Source: an uncultured Verrucomicrobiae bacterium (lineage in GTDB: Bacteria; Verrucomicrobiota; Verrucomicrobiia; Limisphaerales; UBA11358). From it: 64,000 nucleotides of DNA. A program made the translations under genes and the position numbers. The DNA lies in assembly GCA_963708525.1 (NCBI GenBank), contig CAVPTH010000006.1, positions 194,775-258,774 of the forward strand. The letters are read 5' to 3'. The stretch's first letter is position 1. Every line of letters begins with the position of its first letter. This document shows, one piece after another, positions 35,144 to 44,378 of the stretch. Below the pieces are notes generated by a model. It was given only the letters and a program-made list of their open reading frames with translations, did no database searches and was not told where the DNA came from.

Positions 35144-35500
35144 ATGGCGGATGATTCGTTCAAGGACTTCGTGCTGGACCAGTTAAGCGCTTTGCCGGAG
35201 GTGCGGGCCAAACCCATGTTCGGCGCCCACGGACTGTATCAGGGAGAACACTTCTTCGGGATACTGGACGAAGGCCGTTTATTTTTTAAAACGGACGCGG
35301 AATCACAGGCAGATTATGCGGCGCGCGGCATGGAACCGTTCACCTACGAGTCGAAAGGCCGCACCTTGACGATGAGTTATTACGAAGTGCCACCGGATGT
35401 GCTGGACAACCCGCCCGAACTGGTCCTCTGGGCACGGCGCGCGATTCGGGTAGCCGCCGCTCGCAGGGGGAAACCGCGAAAAAGCCGGAAGCAGCCATAA
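35144..35500 (+). CDS. TfoX N-terminal domain protein
   Basis: FKDFVLDQLSALPEVRAKPMFGAHGLYQGEHFFGILDEGRLFFK. Confidence 0.7.
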   Translation: MADDSFKDFVLDQLSALPEVRAKPMFGAHGLYQGEHFFGILDEGRLFFKTDAESQADYAARGMEPFTYESKGRTLTMSYYEVPPDVLDNPPELVLWARRAIRVAAARRGKPRKSRKQP

Positions 35501-35579
35501 CCGCCAATGGCAGAAAGTCATCCGTTGTCCTTCTTTTCTGCTTTCCTTCCCCTGAAAGTCAAAGCACCATTTCAGCCCT

Positions 35580-36269
35580 ATGAAAAATCTCGTAATATCC
35601 GTCGGTTTGGCTTTGGGAGTCCTGGCGGCGCGTGGCGATCTGGTTTTGCAGCAGAATGTGGAAAGCTCCATGCTTAATGGCACCGTCACCACCCAGATCA
35701 AAGGCGACAAAATCCGCGTGGACATGGCCTCCGGTCCCCAAGGACCGATGAGTACGATTATGGATTTGGATTCGGGTGACTCCATCACGCTACTCCATGA
35801 ACAGAAGACGGCGATGAAGGTTCCCGGTGCGCAAATCAAGCAGATGGCCGAGGCGATGAAAAAGTCACGGGCCAGCGCCGGGACGAACGCCGAGCCGCCA
35901 AAATTTACAGACACGGGCAAGACGGAGAAAGTGGGTAATTACACCGCGGAAATTTACACCTGGTCGAGCCCCGACGGCGCCAACCAGACGGTCTGGGTGG
36001 CCAGGGATTTTCCGGACTACAAACAAATCAAAGTTCAAATGGATAAGTTAAACAATTCGCCGGTTGCCCAAATGTCCAAAGGGACGGCACCCGATGTCAG
36101 CAAGCTGCCGGGCATGGTGGTGAGAACCCAGATGCAGGTGAATGGTCAGAAGATCACGTCCACCCTTGTTTCGGCCACGGAAGCCCCGGTTGACGCGTCG
36201 ATTTTCGAAACCCCGAAGAATTATAAGGAGGCGACCCCACCCGCTTTTGGCGCGCCACCACAGCAATGA
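35580..36269 (+). CDS. Secreted hypothetical protein (tentatively DUF4412-like)
   Basis: Signal peptide MKNLVISVGLALGVLAA. The family assignment is from memory of similar ~230-aa proteins (..KGDKIRVDM..) and is weak. Confidence 0.55.
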   Translation: MKNLVISVGLALGVLAARGDLVLQQNVESSMLNGTVTTQIKGDKIRVDMASGPQGPMSTIMDLDSGDSITLLHEQKTAMKVPGAQIKQMAEAMKKSRASAGTNAEPPKFTDTGKTEKVGNYTAEIYTWSSPDGANQTVWVARDFPDYKQIKVQMDKLNNSPVAQMSKGTAPDVSKLPGMVVRTQMQVNGQKITSTLVSATEAPVDASIFETPKNYKEATPPAFGAPPQQ

Positions 36270-36303
36270 TGAACCGGTTTACTTCCGCCCGCTGATGACA
36301 ACC

Positions 36304-37128
36304 ATGAAAAAGTATCTCTTAACCCTTCTGGTGGCAACGGCAACGCTGCTGGCCGGTTCAGCTTTATTTGCCGCCAGTACCAACGATCCTACCGTCGAAC
36401 TCAAAGCGCTGATCGCCAAAATCAAAGCGGACATTCAGGCGGGCAAGAAGACGGAGGCTGCCCTGGCGGATGATCTCAAACAGTTCGATGTTCTGCTGGC
36501 TGAACACAAGGGTGAAAAGACGGATGCGGTGGCGAACATTCTTTTCATGAAGGCGACGCTCTATGCAGAGGTGTTTCAAGACGACGCCAAGGCCGACAAA
36601 CTGATCGCGCAACTCAAAACTGAGTTCCCGGACACCCATATTGTCGCCGCGCTCAAACAACAGGAGGCCGCGGAAGCCGCCGCTAAAAAAGCGCAGGCCG
36701 GCCTGGTCGCAGGAGCTAAATTCCCGGATTTCACGGAGAAGGACCCGGAGGGCAAACCCCTCTCGCTCGCCAATTACAAAGGCAAAGTGGTGTTGATTGA
36801 TTTCTGGGCGACGTGGTGCGGGCCATGCCGGGCCGAAATCCCGAATGTGGTGGCGACCTACAAAAAATATCACGGGCAGGGTTTCGAAATCATTGGCGTC
36901 AGTCTGGATCAAGATCGACAAAAGCTGCTGAATTATACCAAAGACAATGGAATGACCTGGTCGCAATATTTCGATGGTCAGGGCTGGGGCAACAAACTCG
37001 CCGTCAAATACGGCATTGAAGCGATCCCGACGACTTTTCTGCTCAACGGCAATGGCGTCATCATTGGTACGGACCTGCGGGGCAACGACCTGTCACAAGC
37101 TGTAGCCAAGGCCCTGGCGAAGAAATAG
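36304..37128 (+). CDS. TlpA-family thiol:disulfide oxidoreductase with an N-terminal helical domain
   Basis: Start MKKYLLTLLVATATLLAGSALFA (internal ATG of ORF 36142..37128; an alternative ATG is at 36295); KVVLIDFWATWCGPCRAEIPNV...GFEIIGVSLDQD...WSQYFDGQGW. Confidence 0.8.
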   Translation: MKKYLLTLLVATATLLAGSALFAASTNDPTVELKALIAKIKADIQAGKKTEAALADDLKQFDVLLAEHKGEKTDAVANILFMKATLYAEVFQDDAKADKLIAQLKTEFPDTHIVAALKQQEAAEAAAKKAQAGLVAGAKFPDFTEKDPEGKPLSLANYKGKVVLIDFWATWCGPCRAEIPNVVATYKKYHGQGFEIIGVSLDQDRQKLLNYTKDNGMTWSQYFDGQGWGNKLAVKYGIEAIPTTFLLNGNGVIIGTDLRGNDLSQAVAKALAKK

Positions 37129-37245
37129 CTAATCGCCGGGAAGTGGCCTCCGCGGCAATCAGCGTAATCTTGACACTACTTTGGGATCCGAATTTCCGGC
37201 TTACTTTTCTGTCTTCCGCCGTCCGCCTTCTGCCTTCAGTCTTTC

Positions 37246-38106
37246 TCAGGTGCTTGCGCTCGTGTAACGGCGTACAGACACCCGCCAGAACCATTCGGAA
37301 AGCACCGCACATACCCCGCCCATCCCGAGCAACACCAGCCACAACACGGGTGATTGCAGTTTGTCCGCCAGCACCCGCACAGGCACATTCGACACCAGCA
37401 ACACCGGCAGGACAAAGGTGAAAACCACCTTGAACACACCGCGAAACGCGTCGTCCGGCATCCGCGCGATATTGAACAGATTGTAGTAGCCCCACACGAT
37501 GCCCTGGGCGCGTACCGTCCAGAAACTGATCGCCGCCAGCATGAACATCAGCGAGTAATGAATTAAAATACCGACGACACAGAGTGCGAGGAAGCCGAGG
37601 AACTGTGCGACGGTCGGATGCAGATTCAATCTGGCGGCGGCATAAAACATGACTACCACGGCGAAAACGGCATTAACGAATGCGCCCAGGTCCACCTGCC
37701 GCAACGAAACCAGAAAACGCGTGTTCACGGGCAGCATCAGGAGAAAATCCATTTTGCCGGTCCGGACGAGTTCCGAAATGTTCACGCAGTTTGTCAGAAA
37801 AAATGCCTGGTAGGTCTGCTGAATGAAACTGCTCCCGCCGACCAGCAGCACCACCTGCCATTGCGTCCACGTGCCGATGGAACTGGTGTGCAGATAGAGC
37901 ACGCTGATGAAACACAATTGCATCGCGAACCACAGCAGCTCGACCACGATCCAGAGGAGGAAATTGCCCTTGAACGACATCTCGCGCGTTACCGAAGTTC
38001 GCCACAACGCGCCGTAAATCGTCAGGTAACGGGTGACGGGCGACAGCTGACGCGCGACTTCGTTTTCTACCCGCTTGCCTCGACTGTCATTTCGGCTCTT
38101 CTGCAT
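37246..38106 (-). CDS. ABC-2 type transporter permease
   Basis: Start MQKSRNDS (internal ATG of ORF 37246..38169). Six-TM pattern, LLMLPVNTRFLV. Family assignment is from general resemblance. Confidence 0.65.
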   Translation of the reverse strand: MQKSRNDSRGKRVENEVARQLSPVTRYLTIYGALWRTSVTREMSFKGNFLLWIVVELLWFAMQLCFISVLYLHTSSIGTWTQWQVVLLVGGSSFIQQTYQAFFLTNCVNISELVRTGKMDFLLMLPVNTRFLVSLRQVDLGAFVNAVFAVVVMFYAAARLNLHPTVAQFLGFLALCVVGILIHYSLMFMLAAISFWTVRAQGIVWGYYNLFNIARMPDDAFRGVFKVVFTFVLPVLLVSNVPVRVLADKLQSPVLWLVLLGMGGVCAVLSEWFWRVSVRRYTSAST

Positions 38107-38107
38107 T

Positions 38108-38910
38108 TTATCCTCCAAACGCTTCATAATGCCGCACGCCACGGTTCCACATGAACCGCGCAAAGGCATACGCGACCAGCACCCAGCCCGCCTGTATGAA
38201 CAGGCCCTGCCACAAAGCCGTGCCCGTGATTTTACCCATATAAATGCTCACGGGAAAATACATCTGATACGGAAACGGCGTGAAAAAGAGCGCGTGCTTC
38301 AGCATCGCCGGCAAAACATCGAGCGGGAACATATGCCCGCTGGCGATGTATTCAAACGCGAACAGGATGAAGATGAACGTCGAAATCTCCAGCACCCAGA
38401 ACGCCAGCATGGCCATCGCGTAGGAAATGAAGAATTGCAGCAGCGCCGTCAGCACCAGCGAGACGGAGAAATGCGACGCAGGCTGTTCCATTCACGGGCA
38501 GGACAAAATAACGTCCGAAACAGACAATGAAAACAGCCAGCGGCACCAGGGCCACCGCCATGAATGCAATGCGTCCGGAAAAAAACAGGCACAGCCGGTA
38601 CCACAGATAATCCACCGGCTTGAGCAGGAACTGGCTGATGTTGCCTTCCCGGATGTCGGCGGCAATCTGCCAGTCGTCCTCGTTCACCGCCGTCAACACG
38701 TCCACCACCGCGACGAGCAGATAATACAAAATCATCTGGGCCATGCGTGTAACCGGAAATCGCCCCGCCCTTGCCCGCGTAAATCGTGCGCCAGAGCGAC
38801 AGCATGGCAAATAGCGGGATGAAACTGAACAGCGTCCGCGTCAGGTAATTGACGCGATACGTCAGGTTGTTCTGAATCCCGATGCCGATGACGTGCCAAT
38901 ATTTCTTCAT
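38108..38910 (-). CDS. ABC-2 type transporter permease, three ORF pieces (two apparent frameshifts)
   Basis: N-terminal piece MKKYWHVIGIGIQNNLTYRVNY (ORF 38449..38919), middle piece ..MILYYLLVAVVDVL..ISQFLLKPVDYLWY.. (ORF 38352..38810), C-terminal piece (ORF 38108..38491). Frame breaks lie at ~38755 and ~38490. The stop is 1 nt before the downstream ATG. Confidence 0.65.
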
Positions 38911-39060
38911 TCCCTGCAAATACTTCCGGAGAATCTAGTCGCAATCATGTCGAATGCGAACGGAAAATCCGGCGACACATTACGGATTTCACCTCGATTT
39001 TACTTGCCCGGCAAACACATATCAGTTATCCTACTGTCACACTTCACCCAAAGAAATCAG

Positions 39061-41457
39061 ATGAAGCGGTACTTTTTATTCAGTTGGGCGGGTCTTCTGG
39101 CATTTTTGCTCGTTACACCTCTCTCGACGTGTGCTGTTCCGGGCGATGAACATTGGGATCCGCAGTTTAACTTGCCGGGTACGACGAACACTATTTTTGG
39201 CATCGCCGTTCACAATGGAAGCATTTACTCCGGCGGCTATGTCTCGGTGGGCAGCATGACCAACGGAGCGCTGGAATTCTGGGACGGCCTGCAATGGTCG
39301 TGGATGACGTCGTTTCAGGGTGGTACCCCGCCGATTTATGACATCGCCTTTGTCGGCAACACCCTTTACGTCGCCGGAACCTTCAACAACGTCGGCGGCG
39401 TGCCCATGAGAGGTCTCGCCCGATGGGACGGAACCAGTTGGAGCAGCGTCGGCATGACGGGCACCGTGGTGGCATTGGCAGTGAACGGCGGCAATCTGTA
39501 TGCCGGGGGTGCTTTCACAAATGCCGATGTCAGCGGCGTAGTGATGACCAATATCGGTTATTGGGACGGCAGCGCCTGGCACGCGCTGGGCAACGGTCTC
39601 GGAACGCGGGGCTTTGGCAGCCGTCAGAGCCATCGCCATTCAAGGCAGCCTGGTTTACGCGGGCGGTTTCTTCACCAATTCAGGTCCGCAACTCATGACC
39701 AATATTGCGTTATGGAACGGCACCAATTGGTCAGCGGTCGGCGGCGGAGTTTATTCGGCCGTTTCGGAAGTGAACGGCCTGGCATTCAACGGAAGCGACC
39801 TTTATGTCGGCGGTATTTTTACCCAAGCCGGTTCCATAGTTGCGACCAACATTGCCAAATGGGACGGTGTGAGCTGGTCGGCGGTAGGTGGCGGCCTTTC
39901 GAGCGATTCTGGCAGTTCTGTGAATAGTCTCGCCACTCTCAATGGTTCAGTTTGCGCCGCCGGCTCGTTCACCAATGCGGGCGGACAAATGGTAACCAAT
40001 TTCGCCGTGTGGAACGGTTCATCCTGGTCGGGCGCCAATGGAGGCGTCAGCGTAACCGGCTATCGTGTCATCGGTAATGGGACGAACGTTTATGTCGGCG
40101 GCAATTTCCTCGCGGCGGGCAACAAACTGATGAATGCTATCGCTTCGTGGGATGGCGCGAACTGGAGTCCGATCGGCACACCGGGTCAAATCAACGGCAT
40201 TTCCAGCGCTGCCCGCACTTTCGCCACCGATGGGACCAATTTGTATGCGGGCGGAGCGTTTTTCTGGACGGGACAAACCAATGCGAATCAGGTCGCCCGA
40301 TTTGATGGCACGAACTGGTATCCACTCGGTAGCGGCTTCCCCTCCGGTTCAGGTCCCATTTACAGCATCGCGGTCAGCAACAACAACGTCTATGTCGGCG
40401 GCCAGTTTACTTCCGCCGGGGGCGTGAGCGCGCAAAATATTGCGCAGTGGGACGGAACAAACTGGTACGCCCTGGGCGGCGGACCCGGCGGCGTGGTTGC
40501 CTCCGTCAACGTCCGCTCCGATGGCATCTATGCGGCAGGCGCACCTTACAACGGTTCGGTCTATGGCTCTCCATTTTTCGAGCGCTGGGACGGCGTGAGC
40601 TGGCAGACCGCCTTCACCATCAACACCAACGACACTTTCTTTGCCGTCTATTTTAACGACCCGCTCATCGGCATGGACGCCGTGGCTTTTCAGGACACCA
40701 ACATTTACATCGGCGGCCACTTCAGCATTACCTGGCATGACCCGACCATCACCATTGAAACCAACTGCCTGAACATCATGCGCTTCGACGGCACTTATGC
40801 CCGCATCATGGGCACCGGGCTGGACAGCAACGTCGTCGCGATGGCCGTGGTAGGCACCAACCTTTACGTCGCCGGAAATTTCGCCAACGCCGGCGGCGCG
40901 CCGGCCAACAAGATCGCTATGTGGAACGGGAACAATTGGGCCGGCGTCGGCGGTGGCGTGGTTGGCAGCGGTACGGTTTTTGCCCTCGCCGCAATCGGCA
41001 ACAACCTCTATGCCGGCGGCAGCTTCACGAACCTGGGCGGCACGCCGTTTACTCACATCGCCCGATGGGACGGCACGAACTGGTCTGCGCTCGGCAGCGG
41101 CACCTATTATCCCGGCTCGATCAGTGGGACGGTTAACTCGCTTGGCGCTGTTGGTCCCAACCTTTATGTGGGCGGAACTTTCGCAAGGCCGGCGACAAGA
41201 ACGCCTTCAACATCGCGCGCTGGAACGGGCAAATTAATTTTAATACGCCGAAACTTATCAATCCCGCCCGGCTCACCAACGGCCAGTTCCAGGTCCGGCT
41301 GGTCGGCATGGCCGGCCTCACCAACCTGATTCAAGCCTCAACCAATCTCAGCACCTGGACACCGGTGCTGACCAACAGCGTCGGCATTTACGATTTCGCC
41401 GACCCGAACTCCGCATTTTATCCTTACCGCTTCTATCGCGCCGTGCTGGGTCCGTGA
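39061..41457 (+). CDS. Secreted beta-propeller-like repeat protein, paralogue 1 (two apparent frameshifts)
   Basis: Signal peptide MKRYFLFSWAGLLAFLLV, AVPGDEHWDPQF, then many ~55-aa units (N(I/F)A.WDG..W..(L/V)G.G....V.AL...G..LY(A/V)GG.FT.AGG). The C-terminus, read in a third frame, is ..FQVRLVGMAGLTNLIQASTNLSTWTPVLTNSVGIYDFADPNSAFYPYRFYRAVLGP with a stop at 41455..41457. Frame breaks lie at ~39608 and ~41187. Confidence 0.75.
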
Positions 41458-41479
41458 ATCACATTTCAAATCAGCAATT

Positions 41480-43823
41480 ATGAAATTGCATTCTCGGCTC
41501 GGTTGGATGGGCTTGTCGGCGTTTTTCTTTTCTGCATCTCTTTTATCAGGTGCCGTTCCTGGCGATGAACATTGGGACCCGCAATTCGGTGTTCCCGGTG
41601 TGACCAATAGTATTTACGCCATCGCTTTGAACAACGGACTGTTGTACGCCAGCGGTGGGCCATCGGCCGGTATTTCAACAAACGCCCCGTTGAATGTCTG
41701 GGACGGCAAGCAATGGTCGGTTTCCGCCATCTTTGCCGGACCCAGCTTTATGCAGGTGAACGACATGGTGTTCATCGGCAACACGCTTTACGTCGCCGGC
41801 AGTTTTACCAATGTCAATGGCGTCGCGGCCAACGGCCTCGCCAAATGGGATGGGACTGGTTGGAACAGCATCGGTTTCTCCGGCGTCGCCTATGCATTGG
41901 CGGTCGATGGCAACAATAATCTTTACGTCGGCGGCAGTTACACCAATGCCGGGGGCGTGGCCACGACTAACATCGGATACTGGGATGGCAGCGCCTGGCA
42001 TGCGTTGGGCGACGGATTAACGGCCGGTGGCGGCAACCCTTCCGTGCGGTCTATTGCCATACAAAATGGTTCGGTTTATGCCGGCGGAAACTTCACAAAT
42101 TCCGGCTCGGCCTGGGTCACCAATCTGGCCCTTTGGGACGGCACCAACTGGACGCAGGTCGGCGGCGGCGTCAGCGGAAGCGTGTTGGCGTTGGCATTCA
42201 ATGACAGCGACCTTTACGTGGGAGGAGGCTTCTCACAAGTCGGTACCACGGCGGCCAGCAGCGTAGCTAAATGGGATGGCACCAACTGGTCAAACCTGGG
42301 TGGTGGCCTCAATGTCGGTGGCGTCGTTGCCAGCCTGGCGTCCTGGAACGGGACTGTCTGTGTCGTCGGCTCGTTCACCGGCGCCGGCGGCAACACCTCC
42401 TCCAATTTTGTCGTTTGGAACGGTTCAGCATGGTCCGCCATCGGAACGGGTTTGAGTTCCGCCGGACTGCGCGCGGTTTCTACCGGCACGAATGTCTATG
42501 TCGGCGGCAATTTCGGCGCCGCGGGTGGTGTCCTTGCGAATTTTATCGCCTCCTGGGACGGGGCTCAATGGAGTGGACTGGGAACTCCCGGCCGGCTTAA
42601 CGGCGTACAAGGATTCGTTTTCGCTTTGGGCTCGGACGGCCAAAATTTATACGCCGGCGGCACCTTCTCCTATGCCGGTCCAAACAAAGCCGCTAACATT
42701 GCGCGATTTGATGGCACCAATTGGTATTCGCTCGGCGGCGGTTTGAATTTCGGCGTTAACTGCATTGCCCTGTTTGACAATGACCTCATTATTGGCTCCA
42801 GCTGAGCCCTTACATATACAGCTGGAACGGCGCGAATTGGTCTCTTCCAACCAACGACGCCATCGCCGGTCCCCTTCCCGCCATGGCCGTCGGTTCGAAT
42901 GGCTTGTATCTCGGCGGCAGCTTTTGGTTTACGGATCCCTCCAACCAGCCCGCGTTCTACTGCGGACGTTACGACGGCACCAATTTCTGGAGCGCGAATC
43001 CATCGGGCAATTTTTCCATCAACAACCCGCCCCCACCGACCGGCGTCGGCATGACCGCGGTCGCCGTCAAGGGCAATGATGTTTTCTTCGGCGGCAACTT
43101 TGTGGCGCGGGATTTGGTGACCTTTCCGAGCAATGTGAGCGCCACCAACATCGTCCGCTGGGACGGTGCTCACTGGCAACTCATGGGCACTGGTGTCAAC
43201 AGCAACGTCCAGACCATGGTGGTCCTCGGCACAAACCTGTATGTCGGAGGACTGCTCACCAATGCCAGCGGCGTGACGGCCAGCAAGCTTGCCATGTGGG
43301 ATGGAAGCCATTGGTCGGCCGTTGGCGGCGGCGTGGTCGGTAGCGGTTCAGTGTTTCCCTGACGATCATGGGAAACAACCTCTATGCCGGCGGCAGTTTC
43401 ACCAACATGGGAGGTGTCCCCGCGGCGCGCGTTGCCAAATGGGACGGCACCAACTGGTTCGCCCTGGGCAGTGGTATTGGCGGAAGATCCGCCGCGGTGC
43501 AGACCCTGATCGCGATGGGTTCAGACTTGTATGTGGGGGGTAACTTCCGGGGCGCGGGTGACAAAAGTGCCAGCAGTTTTGCGCGCTGGAATGAGAAAAT
43601 CAATTTTGACACGCCGCAACTCATTAACCCGGCTTGGCGCGGTAACCGGCAGTTCCAGGTCCGGCTGGTCGGTATCGCCGGTCTCACCAACCTGATTCAG
43701 GCCACCACCAATCTTACCACCTGGACGCCGGTGCTGACCAACAGCGTCGGCATTTACGATTTCGTCGACCCGAACTCCGCGTTGTATCCCTACCGCTTCT
43801 ATCGCGCTGCGCTCGGTCCGTAA
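41480..43823 (+). CDS. Secreted beta-propeller-like repeat protein, paralogue 2 (two apparent frameshifts)
   Basis: MKLHSRLGWMGLSAFFFSASLLSGAVPGDEHWDPQF, the same repeat units, and C-terminus ..FQVRLVGIAGLTNLIQATTNLTTWTPVLTNSVGIYDFVDPNSALYPYRFYRAALGP. ORFs 41480..42805, 42883..43362 and 43368..43823 are pieces of one gene. Frame breaks lie at ~42785-42800 and ~43352. Confidence 0.75.
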
Positions 43824-43881
43824 ATCGCGCTCGGCAAAACGGGTAATTGAAAGACCAATTGATTAATGGCATTCAATATAC

Positions 43882-44036
43882 GGTAGCGCCATAGGCGCGG
43901 CATCTTTGTAGAAGTACAACCCAAACCAAACTCCAGCCCCAGCGGGGCGGCATATTCGGAAGATATCGCTCCTCAACGGAGCTTGGGATTTTCAAATGCC
44001 CATCTACTACAATTATACCAGCCCTGACGGGCTTTG
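43882..44036 (+). repeat. Composite multi-hairpin repeat, copy A
   Basis: The modules GCGCCataGGCGCggcatctttgtag, ...ggcatattcggaagatatcGCTCCtcaacGGAGC and ataccAGCCCtgacGGGCT occur in the same order and orientation as in copy B at 49354..49546. Confidence 0.75.
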
Positions 44037-44378
44037 AGGTTCGTGAAAATTCGTGCAATTCGTGTCCAACCTCTGCGTTTTCCGTCTTCGCGCTGCTTCG
44101 AAGCGACGAGTGGCGGGTCAAATTTCCCGTGTGTCCAAGTTGCCCGGCTTTGTGTCTTACTCTTTTCCATTTTAATCCCAGCGTGTTTCTCTGGCATCTC
44201 CTTTTGGCGTCGTTGAGATGTTGTGAGTCTGAGTGCTGTATTTGCCAGTTTGACTGCTCTCTTGGTCGCTTACCTTCATCGGAGAGGAAAATTTATTTGC
44301 CGAACTGCACGCCGGACTTTAATGTCGGCGCAACGAACGGCCAGGGAGCCGGTACGTGATTAAGGAAATTCAGAACTT

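Noticed and set aside
38893-43823. Reading the ORF track literally as six separate propeller-repeat genes (38893..39927, 39614..41329, 41480..42805, 42883..43362, 43368..43823, plus the C-terminal piece).
   Set aside because: Only two signal peptides, two VPGDEHWDPQF heads and two RFYRA tails exist. The pieces abut or overlap in different frames and align collinearly with each other, so they are two genes with four frame breaks.
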